A stretch of 64,000 nt of DNA from Auanema rhodensis. Its lineage: Eukaryota > Animalia > Nematoda. The DNA is taken from contig OZ059899.1 of NCBI GenBank assembly GCA_964057225.1, positions 13,764,001 to 13,828,000 on the forward strand. Direction: 5' to 3'. How positions within the stretch are numbered: position 1 is the first letter of the stretch; the number at the start of each line of letters is the position of its first letter. Of this stretch, positions 1 through 14,027 are shown one piece after another. A program made the position numbers and the translations under genes. Under the pieces are notes generated by a model. The model ran no database searches. It was not told where the DNA came from and was given only the letters and a program-made list of their open reading frames with translations.

Positions 1-170
1 ATGAAGGAAAAATCATCATAGTTACAGTTATATCAATAGAATCTTAAGGTGATCCGTGAGTACGATAACCTGTTTAATATGGATTTGCAGATGCTTATCG
101 TAGTGCGTTCTGAAGGAAATTCAGTCGATTGAATCCATAGAGCCACGTTCAGTTGACCACCACAGGTAAA

Positions 171-1503
171 ATGCAAAATTCAAAAGAAAATCCAACAACT
201 TTGCCTGAAAGTAAAAAGGTAATTTCTTGAAAACGTCTCTTTTCCGAGAAACTTGATCAAGTTGCTTTCATTTCAGGATGTAATTTATTTCTTTTTACTC
301 AATGTAGCATCAGCTTTCATGTTATCAGCAGCACATAATGTTTTACATTTTGTATTAGACTTTCATACAACTCTTATTCATTTTCTTCATTATTTCTTTA
401 CATTTCTCTTTATGTTATTACTATATAAGGTTGGATGTATTCCAAAAACTAAGTTGCAATATCAGGTTGTTATCAAACTTATATCTCATTTGCAACTTTA
501 TTTTTCAATTTTAGAACTTATATGTTCCTGTTGGATTAAAGGTATTAGAAGTATTTCTATCTTCTATCGTTCATTCACAAAATCGTACTGGAGCACTGTA
601 TACGATGAGGTTCGATCACATCATCAGCTTAAAGCTTTACTTTTCTCATCTTAAAAGCATTTTTTAAGAATTTTCGATTTTGTCTTCACATTGACCATTT
701 GCTTATGTGCTCAACGATATGTTCCATCCAGACTTAATGGACATCCAAAATCTTCACTATTGGTTAGTTTCTTCTTGAACTTATGGACATGTATGTATAT
801 GAAGTAGTTGTTAACTTCAGATTCCATTGGGATTTGCTGTATCATTAGCTTGGCTTGAATTTGGTCAAATGGAATATACATCACTCAGTCTATTCTGCTC
901 ACCAGCATTGGCGTTTGTTCGAGCATTGTCCATTTTAAGCATTCAAAGAGCTCATATTCATATGTATCAAGGTGCTACAATCTGGAACAATTCCGTTTTT
1001 TGACTTGAAAATTCAAATTTTCCACAAAAAAAAGCTTAAAATTCCAGTTTCAGGACATGTTGAGCAATTTTGTTTATACTATTCCGGATTAGTTACTGCT
1101 GCTCTGTCTATTCCAGCTATAATCTCTTATGCTTCATCTCAAGTTGAAGTTACAGCAAGTTGGGAATCTATCGATTATGTAAAACTATAAATCAAATTAA
1201 ACAACTTAACAACTCAATTTCCAGGTTTTGATGGGATTATCATTCATGTTCATGTCATCCAATGTATATTCTGAATTCTGGCTCATACTAAACCTAAATC
1301 CTAGAGCATTTGCAACCTTAGAGCATACGAAATATCTCGGAGCATCTGTAATTATTTTCTTTCCAACTATTATTTGATGAAAATTATTTTTATTTAAGAT
1401 TGCTCAATGGATTATTCAGAATATGGCACATCCATGTATATTAGCTTTAGCCGGAAAACTAGTAGCAATAGCTTCATTGTTCCGTATTGCTACCCGGCTA
1501 TAA
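171..1503 (+). CDS. Divergent SLC35/TPT (nucleotide-sugar transporter, DMT superfamily)-like multi-pass membrane protein, 8 exons
   Basis: Manual splicing gives an open frame MQNSKENPTTLPESKK|DVIYFFLLNVASAFMLS...|IPLGFAVSLAWLEFG...|...FWLILNLNPRAFATLEHTKYLGAS|IAQWIIQNMAHPCILALAGKLVAIASLFRIATRL*. About 9-10 hydrophobic segments; the C-terminal pattern resembles TPT/SLC35 TM8-10. Family call is from pattern recall. Confidence 0.6.
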
Positions 1504-1609
1504 CTTTAGGTAAATTCTCATTACAATTGCAATTAACATCAAAATCAAACAATGATCTACATCTTTTTTTATTTTTTCAAGAAACAGATGACTGAAAACA
1601 CAGTTGAAT

Positions 1610-4501
1610 TCATGCTTCTTGTGAATTTCGGCTTTCTTTTTTCGATTTACTTGCACCCTTCTGTTGTCGCATTCGAAGTTTTTCCTAAACATAATATTTG
1701 CATAACTTGACCAGCCGTTATCTTTCAAACCTTAAGAGCTATAGCTTGTTTCTCTCTCTGCAGGTTATTCCGTTTCTCAAATTGTTTTTTAGCGGATTCA
1801 TGCTCGGATAGCTTCTGCTTCACATCGCCTTCAAGCATTTTGTTGAGCATTTTTTATGCAAAAGAAAACAACAAAAAATTGATACCAAATAAGGCTTCCT
1901 TGCTGGGTATTGGTGCTAACTTTCCTAATGGAATAGCTTGTCCATTGTCATTTCCATGAGTTAATATATCCTTTAAGCACACACACAACATACGAAATAC
2001 GAAAAAATGATGCAAAATACCGAAACTTGAGTTTTCTCGACATTATCCATCTCACGTAAAGCTTTCTCTTCCAGTTCTTTTAATTCTTTTTCCAATTCAT
2101 CATCATCCACATCATCATACTCAATAACAACATCTTTTCCAAGATCTTGCCTAGCCTTAAAAGAGACAAAAACAACGACAATTAAAATTTTTTTGTTTGT
2201 TTTCAATGCTCTGAGAATAGATTTTTAAAAATAATTTTTACCTGTTTTTTCAAGATATTCAGGCGTTCTTCACGTAATGCTTTTTGCTTTTTAATTACCT
2301 AATTAAAGAAATTATTACAATTTGATAATTCTTTCCAAAAACTTACAGCATTATTAGCTTGATCTAAATCTTTGCGAATAGTATCATTAATCACTTTATC
2401 AAACCATTGTATTAATGATGCAACTTTTTGTTGTGTTTCTTTAAAAACTTTTAAAGCCTAAACTTATGAATTTTATATAATTTTTTATATAAATTATAAT
2501 ATAAAATTATAAAATATAATATAATAATCTTACAGAATTCATTAAATTATCATCTTGCACATTCTTAAAAGCTTTTGATACCGTCTCTTCCATTAATGTT
2601 ATTTCGGATTCAGTAGCATATGGAAAATCAACCTTAAAAATAAAATAAAAATGATTCTTTTTTCTTATTTATTATAAATAAATAAATAAAAAAAAAGAAA
2701 TAAATAATTATATTTATATTAAAAAACAACTATTTTTCATTAATTTTTACTTTGTTTAGATACATGCGACATGATTGCACATTCTGCGTTGCAGCTATGA
2801 AGTTGTTTCTTGCCTCAGCTGCAGCAAAATATCGTCCGCGTTGATTTCTAAAATTATATTATTTTCTAATAATAATATTTTTTTTATTATTATATTATTC
2901 ATTTATTATATAAGAAAGAGAGAAGGATATATTAATATTAATATTAATATATATAATTAGCATATTACAATTTTATGCAAATTGCATACACGTCATATAC
3001 GTCATTTTAAATGAAAAGCAAAGCAAAGAGCGGTTGTATTTCAATTTTTTTAAAGTATAATTATATATTTAAATTTATTATATTATATTATTATTCTTAT
3101 TATTATTATTTTTCAAAAAATATATAAATACAAACTCTTTTTCAATTGCTTTAGCATCAATCCAACGATTTATACCAAATGTTATTTGAGTTAAAGAATG
3201 TACAAGCAATACTCGACCATTAGCCCATTTGAACATGGCCAATGAAACACGTTGTTGCCAATCCAACATATCATCAACCTTTAAGTATATGTATAAACTT
3301 TTATAATATATAGTAATTATATAGTATAGTTAAGAGTTTATTACTTACTTCACCTTCAAGAACATTTTCTTTTTCTGACGCATAATCAGATCCAACAATG
3401 CTGGCTATAATTTCCAACATTAATTCTTCAAATTAAAGAAATTAATAGATAATTATACCTAATAGCTTATCTTGTTGATCATATAATCCATATAAAGTAT
3501 CTGTTTGTTTTTTATATATTTCAGTAATCTTAAGAGAATGTTGATGATTAATTTTAGCTTGTTGAAGTTCCTATAATAGTAAAAAAAATATTTTATATTA
3601 TAAATTATAAATAATAATCATACAGTTTCTGATTTTTCTTGTTTTTCAATAGCTTTCATGTATTCAGATTTTTCTTTAGCATATCGTTCATCCCATGTAC
3701 CCTATAGTATAGTATATATAAATATAAATATATAATTACTATAGTTATAAAATAGAAAAAAGAAATTTATGTTAATTTGAAAAACAAAAAAAAAGAAAAA
3801 CTAACTTGATTCTTCAAATAATCTTTGATTGACGGCTGCTCAATATTAGCTAAATCATATTTCTCTCGTTCACTTAAACAAACAAATTAAATTCAAATTA
3901 ATCAACTATTAAAAGAAGAATAATAATAAAAAAAAAGGAAAATCATTACGTTTGTTTACGAAGTTCTTTCAAAACAGCTTCAAGTTGTTCAACTGAATTC
4001 TTCAAATCATCCGATTTGATTGTCTGCGCTTCGTACTTCTTGATCACATTCTTCCGTTCTAATCGATGAACAGCCTTTTCCAAATTCACATAATCCTTCA
4101 ACATATGATTATGAATTAATTATATAATTTTTATAATTATACTTGAATAACACCTTCTGTTAAAACTATTTTATCAACTTTGTGATTTTTCTTTTCATCT
4201 TGATTATCCCGCCGTGAAAGTGGCAAGTTGTCTTCGTTTGGCATTATCATTGGACTAACTTTTGTGATTTTTTTGCCTTGAAAATTCTCAAATATTAAGT
4301 AATTTCAAGTGTTTTCAACTTTTTTTATTTTTCGAATCATCTGAATTATCTTCTGAATTATTAGAATTAGGTACACTCTCGGCCCATTTGTCAGAATCCT
4401 CCTAAAGAATTAGAAAATTTTCACAAAACAAAATGATTACTAACCGCTTTTGAATCTTTTCCACTTGATTGATTAAATACTTTTGATGGAGATGATCCCA
4501 T
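1610..4501 (-). CDS. Uncharacterised multi-exon coiled-coil protein with N-terminal myristoylation motif (MGSSPSK)
   Basis: Minus-strand exons read DYVNLEKAVHRLERKNVIKKYE, WDERYAKEKSEYMKAIEKQE, WQQRVSLAMFKWANGRVLL, YFAAAEARNNFIAATQN, DFPYATESEI, IQWFDKVINDTIRKDL and end EKLRMRQQKGASKSKKESRNSQEA*. The ATG follows a TTTTAG acceptor. Some internal junctions are uncertain. Confidence 0.75.
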
Positions 4502-4644
4502 ATTTGATATAGGTAACTAAAATATTTTATATAGTATAGAGTATAGTTAAAGAAATTGTTGAAGTAAAATAAGATTTGAAAACTAAAACCATTGGAATGT
4601 TGTGTGAGTAGAATAAAGCCGTTACTCTGGGAGGACCATATTAT

Positions 4645-4659
4645 GTTCTCCATGGAGAT
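4645..4659 (-). promoter_or_regulatory. X-box-like (RFX/DAF-19) palindrome
   Basis: ATCTCC-ATG-GAGAAC on minus with a 12-bp perfect palindrome core TCTCCATGGAGA, ~145 bp upstream of the ATG at 4501; 3-nt spacer variant. Confidence 0.35.
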
Positions 4660-4792
4660 GACCATTTCACATTCACATTGTGTCTCATCCCACTGTTTTC
4701 TAAATAAGTTTACTATATGTATATAGCTATGATAATACTTATGACATCAAATAGTAAAAAAGAGAAAACTGAATAGCACATGAAGACGATCA

Positions 4793-4809
4793 GGGGGGGG
4801 GGGGGGGGG
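4793..4809 (+). repeat. G17 homopolymer
   Basis: 17 consecutive G in an AT-rich background. Confidence 0.95.
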
Positions 4810-6174
4810 CACGAAGCATGAGGTAGCATGATATGTACAACAAGAACAACGACGGCGACACAGTCATCATACACTCATACGTGTTAAGAATCAATTTTTT
4901 TCTTTTTTTTTTTGGTTTCACAACGAATTAATCTTATTCATACCTCTTATCAGATCACTTCAGAAATATTCGTAGCTATCTTGAAGCACTTTTCGTTTCT
5001 TTTCTTTTTTTTTTGAAATAATGTTTCAGTTTGAGAGATAGACAATGCCATCTGTCTTTTGTTCATGAAGATAGCTAATTAAATTTTGTTAGAAAAAATC
5101 TGGAAAGACTTTTGGCTGATAGGCTATATAGCTTTCAGATTTTATAAATTCTATTGCAACTCGGAATGAGAATGAGTAGTTGAGAAGCCAAGCAATTCTC
5201 ACATTTTTCCTCTTCATCTTATGACCAATCTCATTTCTAACTTTTCCAACTTCATTCAGTCATCTCTGATGTTTCGCAAAATTATTTTTTCTAATATGAA
5301 TGAGCGTTGAACTTTTCCATCTTAAATCTTTTCTTCCGGGAGGATAATTTCAGGTTCATAATTCAACAAGAACATTATAGAATCTTCATGCACAGGATAG
5401 CTCTTCGACCGAACTCATTCTATTCCTTTTCCCTTCTCACTCTCCTTCCCTTTCCCTCTTTTCGCTCAGTTCATCTCTATAGCAGCTTCTCTCTTTCTCT
5501 TCAACTCTCTTAGTCTTATTTCTTCTCCCACCCTCTTTCAATCACCAGTTCTCTTTCAAGAGAACAGCTGAGCTAAAGTCCCACCTCCTAAGAGTTGAGA
5601 GGAAGTAGGCGGAGTCGAAGAGTGTGTCTAGGGAATCGATAAGATATGGCAGGCCCAAAGTCCCCTTTCCCTTTCCCCCTCGAGTCCATAGTCTTTTCCC
5701 TCTGTCTTCTTTCATCTATTCCTCGTTTTCTTTTTCATATTCTCTAACCTCTTTCATTTTTCTACGATAACTCCTGTTCTCTTTATTTCCCTCTCTCTTT
5801 TTCTCTCTGTCCCTCCCTCTCTCTTCTCTCTCTCTTTCTCTCCGTCCTTCTATCTATATATATACATTGCTCATCTTCTTTTAACATTTCTTTTTCTTCT
5901 TCCTCTTATTCTCTTCATACCCTTCACCCATCCCACCCACCCACATATTCCCTTACTCTCACTCATTTATTCCCCATCCATGAATATTATCATATAAACT
6001 TAAATAAAGTTTTATAAAGAACAACTTAACATCGTTGCTCTCTCTCTAGCTCTCTCTCTCTCTCTCTCTATCTCTTTCTTCATCCCTTCCTTCTCTTTCA
6101 TTCCTTTGTTTCATCAAATAGCAACTTTCAGAAGATTCTAACTTTATACTTGTTAAATATTCCGAGAGAAATCA

Positions 6175-6214
<40 letters not shown>

Positions 6215-7035
6215 GGAAGGGCAGTTCTTTTCCGTTTTCAAGCATCCAATATTCGTTCGCCTGCCTTGTTACGACCACCGCCAGCTTTAGCTGCCATACA
6301 ACCGATTCATATGCACAAACTTTGCTCCTATTCGCCCTCCCTCATTTCTCTTTTCATTTTCCCCGTTAACTCTGACTCACTCCCTCTCTATTTTGTTCAT
6401 TTTTCTATCTCCTTCTTCTTCTTCTTCTTCTTCTTCTAATGGTCATCTTCATTTTCTTGGCCTCTGCTCTCCTTATAAGCAAAAAAATATTTTGTCTCTC
6501 CCTTTCTCTGTCTTATCGTTTCTTCTATACTCTTTTGCTCTGTGAAATTCTACTGCTCTTGCTCTGTTAGAGCTCATCATCTCAATTAGACCTTATGACA
6601 ACTCTGCTTCACCGTCCTATTCTCTTATCTCTACTCCATTTCCCTTTTCTCTAATTTTCATTCGAACATTCAAACCCTAAATAGTCATCTAGCGTGACTT
6701 TCGTCTTGTTTGAAAGATCTCATGTTCCTCATCAACTATTTCAATTCTATTCTATTCCTTTCCTTTCTATCCTCCGTTCTCGTTTCTGGCCTCACACTAT
6801 TATCTTTTTTTTTCTTCTCACTTTCGTTAAAGCATTCAATAACTGCTGATCTTCATGAAAAAGTCAAAATATGAGTTTTACCTGCTCAGCTCATCATCAA
6901 GATCGTCAGTCTTGCTGGATCTGTCTGTTGCTTCAGGTCTGCTGTTATCCAAGATTTCGTTCTGCGCTTTCGCTCATTCCCATCATATACATTCTTTTCT
7001 TTTCTTTGATTCAAGATTCACAAGAGTAATGAAGG

Positions 7036-7084
<49 letters not shown>

Positions 7085-8160
7085 TATACGAGGAAGAGAG
7101 ATCAAGAAGTAAAGGTTTTCTTCTTGAACGTATTGTTCTTCTTGTTCTTCTTCTTTAAACCATTTATGTAAATCAAGTAATGGCAATCATTTGATTTCAT
7201 TTTCAATTTCATTCCCTCTATCTTCTCCTTCATTTTCTTTTATTTTTATAAAATAATTTTAGTTGTTGAAAGCACAAATCTACTTTTTTGGTCGCTCTTC
7301 CTTCACATTAGATTTAATTTCGCGCAAGATGGGACTTGCTTGCTGCCTGACAGACATCACAAACTTGCATTTCTTTATAGAATGTTCTTGTGAAGAGAGA
7401 AGAGCCTATAGCATAGCTCATCGCTGACTTTCTCTCTATGAGATTCTCTTTCACGTTTTAAGTTCTTCATATCTCTTTTAAGTTTTCTTTCTTTTCTTTT
7501 TCAAATAAAAAAAAACTGAATTATCGCTAACTCATCTCATCTCATTCTATTCGTTTTTATTAAAAATTTTGACTGAATGTTTAGCAATTTGAATGATTTA
7601 ACCAGCGCATTTCTGCTCCTATTTTTCACATCTTTCTTGATATTTTTGTTTGAACAAAAATTATTTTTTCATTGATAAGTTAACTTCGCCTAGTCGCCAG
7701 TATCTGTCTCGTCTGTCCATCTAGCTAAAGCTCAGCTGATTTATTTTCATTTACCTCTCACTAAATATCATCATGATCATACAATTCTTCTTCTTCTTCT
7801 TCTTCTTATTTTTGGTTCTTCTTCTTCTACTACTACTATATACATATAGTTTTATTTCTATTTTATTATGTACGAAAAAAACATTTTGTGTTGTCATATT
7901 TGCATATTTATATGAATTTCTTTTTATTTTACGTGAAGCTTCACGTGAATAATACTCTCATTTTCATTCATTATTCCAGTGTCGAACGGTTGCTTCCCCA
8001 TTCTAATTCTTAAATTTTTTATTCCCAACTTATATTTCATAGAATAAAAAAACAATTTTCTCGTGTTTTTCCCATAATTATATGGCATCGTCAAGGCGTT
8101 TTTTTACTTTTTTTTGTATGTCTAAACAAGGCTAGCACGTAAAAATTCGATTGTTGAACA

Positions 8161-8379
<219 letters not shown>

Positions 8380-9434
8380 ATAAGTATTTTTTCATCATAT
8401 CGTTTGTCCTTTCATCAGTAATTGGCTATCAGATTCATATATCTAAGTAACAATAGGTAATCGTCATAGATAGACAATCCATTTGAGACTTATATTATTA
8501 TTATTTTCTATTATTTTCATATCAAAAACCTGTTTTATAAGCTTATCTATAAAAGTTTTTAATAACAATATAATGAATGAAATAAAAATATTATTTCAAA
8601 AAAAGAAGAAAGAAAAATACTAAAATTCAATTGTATATTCGTATATACATAATACTGAAAATTAAAAAAAATAGAGCAGCATCCATAAAATCCTGAATAT
8701 ATCTTGTCTTCGGGTAAGCATCTTTCCTTCCTTATGTCTTCCTTGTATTTTCATTTTTTCTCGAAATTTCCACCCTCATGTTTTCTTTTTTTCTCTTTCT
8801 TTTACAATGTTAAGCTTAAATCTCATCTTCCTGTCGTCCACCCCCCTCCCCCTCTCTCTCTCTCTTTCTCTTCTTCGCTCTCTCTCTCTCTCTCTATCTA
8901 TCTGCTTCGTTGGATACTCAATTGATTTAGGCAATAGAGTGCATTTTTTGATTTTGAATGAAATCTCCCTCTATTGAATGAACGATGAACATATTTAACA
9001 GCGTTCAAATATTACCAATCAGATGTTCTTTACTCAATAACTCTCCTGCTTCTCAAATCAGTCTAGAAATAGAAACATGGGACGATAGTGCAATGCTTGA
9101 ACTACTAAAAGCTGACCCCATATAGTGGTCAAGCTTTAAGATGACATACAAACCTGTCGTTGGAGAGAAAAGCCATAAGCCCCTAGGGAAGTGCGACATA
9201 TCCAACGGCATGGTCCTCTTGTCTCTCTATTCTTAGTTCCTTCTTCTCTCGTGCTTTCACGATATCTGTCCTTCTATTCGGCTATCGTGCTCATTTCTCT
9301 ATTGTTTACTATATCTTTCATTCATAATATTTCTTTCCATTCATTTTATTGCACTTGTTCCATTATCTTCGTTTTCTTTCTAGTTACATACTTCATTCTA
9401 ACCCCTCGTCCTTCTTTTATGCTTCAAATTTCAG

Positions 9435-12400
9435 ATGTCAGGTTCCGTGGCGGTGATGTCAACGTCATCGTCCACGACACCGTCGAGTAATGCTGCTCCG
9501 ATGACTTCGTCATCTTCCACAGCTTCACATTCCAATGGACGTACATCAGCTTCCGCAGGTCCAGCTTCAACATCAACTGCCGCTGGTGGATTACCCGACT
9601 ACGCAACAGCTACATCATTACGCTCTACCCATCTTCAGATGACGAATGGAATCAGCGTAGAATTAGTGGTTGCAGCTCAGGTAAGAATCTTCTTCCTCTT
9701 TCTTATAATTTTTCATTTTTTCTATAAAAAGTACAAATTCTTTATAATTGCCCAACACTATCCGTAGTCATTATCGCTTTACGCCCTGTCAGCTACTTCC
9801 GCTTTAACAATCACCTGAGATTGAAGAGGTGGTTCAGACGAGTGCCTGAGGCAAATTAACGAAGCAAAGATAATCTTGATCCGATAAACGACACATATGT
9901 TCTCTTGTAGACACTGACCGAAAGTAATTGATTGTCGTTAATCAATTGCTTTATTCGATTCTAAATTCATCGTTCTCATTGAAGATTGTCGTCTTCAGAG
10001 TTCACATTAAGAAAATGTTCCTGAAATAAGACCTCCATAAAGGAGAGAAGCAGTGAATGAGAAAGAAGGATGTAATGAATAGAAATAGATGACGTTGTAA
10101 TCACAATAAGCTGAATATCTATTTTAGATTTAACTAAGCAAAGGCCTTTTTTGACTTCAGAAATCGAATTGTGAGCAAGCGATTATTCATTACCGTAGCC
10201 CTCGTCGTACTGCCTTGATGAGGATCATTAGTAGAAGTATTAGTTAACGAGAGAAGGACGAAAGAGAGAAGAAGCGAAGCTTAACACAGAAGACGAAAAA
10301 CTACGAAAAATGGAAAAAAATGTGAAAAATCTGTACATCCTTCGGCTGTTTTGCAATTGATAACAAGGTCGTTTTGAGTTTATTTTCATGTTTTAAGTAT
10401 TTCACATACCAGATGTGACTTTTGACATTGATTATATTGATAAGAAGAGAATAAATAGACAATTTAACTAGTTTCACATATGTTTTTCATCCTATTTTGG
10501 CAAGATATAGCAGTACTCAACGAGGATGAGGACAATTTAGTCTCAATGAGGGGGTGTTAAATGAAAAGGAAGAAGAATCAGAGATATAAAGAAGAGATGT
10601 AGAGAGAAACAAGACGATGACGATGAACAGCTAAGTTCTCTGAGTAATCAGTCACTTGGAATGCATGAAGCTTTGTTCTTGAGAGGGACTTTAGAGAGAA
10701 AGAGAGAAAGAAAGTGAATGAAGTAAGATAGAGAGAGAGAGAGAGACAGATCCCAGATAGTGAGCATGAGAATGAGGTGCTGTCGATTCTCTTGAAAATA
10801 CAACAACTCTTGTACAGAATTGGAGAAAAAAAGCGATGAAACTGCTGCAACTTGCATACATAGCAAATAAGGTTTTTCCAAGCTTTTTCGACAGCTGAAA
10901 TGTGTCAGAAAACGAAAAATGATGTCATATATAGTTAGAAGTTTACAAGAGAATTTCATAGATGTATCTATGTGTATCGTCAAAAAAATCCATTTTTATG
11001 ACAAAATTACAAAATAAATCATTAAATTCTTAACTATATGTATTGAAATTTGAAATATATTACAGAGAGAAGCTAATTTTCTGAGAATGATTGATCGTAA
11101 AGCACCGTTGTTATATGAACCAGATGTAGTGAATCAAGCTATACGACGATATGAAACATATTGGTTACCCATGCAGGTTTGTCATTTCTGTTGAACAATC
11201 TTTTACATTTTTACGTAAAACATCATATATGTCCTCATCTGAGTCCAACATACAGCTTAAGAGCCTGACTAATCAAACTGCAAAGGCAGTGTATCTAGTC
11301 TGAAGCTTGTTAACTAGTTAAGATGCAACTTGATGAAGTTTTTTTAGTCCACAAAAGGTTTTTTTTGCTCATGTTTTCCATTGAAACTGACCCATTATTT
11401 GGAAAGTAATCCTTCTTTTTTATTTCCAGACAACGTCAAAAAGGATTATATTTTAGGAAAAAGACGAAAAAAAAGATTTGAAATACATAGAAAAAGAGTT
11501 AAAAATATGTTTTTATGCGTATATTTTGTATAAATAACTATACATACATATAATTCAAAATATAGTTATATATATATGTTCTTAAAGAACATCAAAATCA
11601 ATTTGAAATACTTCTGAAGTTTAAAGTTGAAATACAAACTTAAAACTTAAAATGCTAAACATAGAAAATACAAGATGTATTTATGATTCCAGATACACAA
11701 AGATTGACCTTTTTTGAAAATTTTTGAAAAACAAAAGAAAGTTAAAGGAAGTTTTCCACTAAAGAGGAAGTAAAATAGAATTTGAATATATTCTTCATCT
11801 TCTTCTTCTTCAATTTATATTAAAACAAATATGAAATTTCAGGCAAAGAATAGTGATATGAATGTAATTCCTCCATTAGATGTTCATTGGGTATGGCACT
11901 GTCACATGTTAAGTCCAACTCATTATCAAGAGGTAAGCATTTTTAATTTTTTTTCTTTTCTAATTAACCATATATAGTTAAATTGTTTCTTCAAAGAGTT
12001 TTAATAACTTTAAAGAGTTCAGTCATGAAGCTTTGAATCCTTAGTATACCCTCTCGTCAACTCAATTCAAGTGACAATAGCCTATTTCTATTGAAGTTCA
12101 GTTTGTCCAGCTAGCTATGTATGAACCAAAAAAAGAAAATAATGCAACAAACATCAATGAACTTGAGAAATGCTCAGCATATTTGACTTTTTTCTTTTTT
12201 TTTAATAATTTTCAGTTCGAAAAAGAGAATGAATTCCATTTTTTTTTCTAAAAAGAAGCAATAGCTAAGCTGGACAAGGGGTGGGTGAGATGGGAGTGAG
12301 AGTGGGTAGTGGGAGAAGGGGTTGGGGTTGAGCTACTTGGGTGAGAACTCTTTACTGACCAGCCTTCTACGATGAAGCCAAATGAAGCAAGCAGAAGGCG

Positions 12401-13132
12401 ACGATTATATTATCGGTTTTTGACAGCAATAAATGACAAAAAAGGAAATTTAAACCATTGATTCAGAGAAAATTCAAGAGATGAGATTCACTTCTTCAAA
12501 TTCTCTCAGCTTTTCAATCCTCTCAATCTTCACAATCTCACATTTCAATATACATAAGCTAGTAGTACAACTAGGCAGAATGCAAATAGTTACATCTTCA
12601 TCGTCTTTTTCTTCAATTGACTTTGAATTTAATAGTAATAATCTATTGAAAAGTTCAAGCAAACACAGAAAACGAGTAGACATAACATCATTGGTTTGTC
12701 TATCTCAAGTTATTTTAGTTCCAACAAGCACATCTAAAAGACATTTTCAATTGAAAATGTTGGTTTGAAGAGATCTCAATGCTTTTAGAACAGCTGACAC
12801 AGCAACTTTTTGATTGTTGAGCCATTTAAAACCTTCTTTTCAACTTATTTTAGAAGAAAAAGAAGAAAAAAAAGAAATTTATTACATATATCTTTGTATA
12901 CATGTATATAGTGTGATGAGGGATTTTTAATAAGAAAGAAAGCTTTAGTTATGAATATAAACCATATTTCATCATCGGTTTAAGACCAAATTCGTACATT
13001 AAAACATCAAAAAAAGAGATAAGTATAGGCTTGCATATGTAGCTGTGTATCATAGAACTTTAGAAGACATAATGAAAAAAATTGAAATGACTCTCTGGAG
13101 ATTCAGAAACATGACGTCAAAGGTCTTTCCAT

Positions 13133-13170
<38 letters not shown>

Positions 13171-13987
13171 GCAGTTTTCCTATTCTATAGATCACACACT
13201 GCTCCTGCTTCTGCTCCTGCTTTCTGATTCATGTACAGCCATATTCAGTTTTTCTGACATGAGCATCAACGTATTGAGCCATATAATAGCCGGAAGACAT
13301 GCTGAAAACCAATTATATTCTTTTCTAAATATAGAAAAAAACGGAGAAAAAAGGGCAATAAAGCTGAATCAGACCAATTATTTTGAATATAACACATGTA
13401 GTTCAGTAAATTATTCATAAACTTAACTATGCCCTACTCATTAGTTTTATCATTTAGGATTGTGAAAAGATCTGTGGCAAAGTAATTGATCATCAACTAC
13501 TATCATCTGATGAAATTCAAAAACGGTAAGTCTGTATTCAGAAAAGGAAACTCATAACTTCTCAATTCACTCGTATATTCAGATATGAGTCATCAGTACG
13601 AGCTTGGGATGCATTCTGCTCACCTGAACCATACGATTTCTTAGCTTCACCAGCTCCAGCTCCAACATATATATCCAAATGTTCTTATGATATAGCTGCA
13701 GCAGTTCAACGACAACGTAACTTCAATTATCAAGTAAGATCATATTCTCTCTCTCTTGCTCTTTCTCTCTCTCTCTACTTTATTATAAGAATTATACCTT
13801 ATTTCAGGTCTCATTGCCACATTATACTTCAAATAAATTTTTAAAAGATGCTGTTAAACGATATGTGAATTTTCTTTTATTAAAACAAGCATATCCTGAC
13901 CAATTTCTAACACCATGTTATGACTTTGATCTCATATGGCATACACATCAGGTGAGTCAATCTTCATTTTCTTAACAACTTTAATCA

Positions 13988-14027
<40 letters not shown>

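Noticed and set aside
11284-11305. miR-34-like AGGCAGTGT (also miR-228-like AATGGCACTG at ~55260)
   Set aside because: Seed-length match only, with no precursor hairpin.
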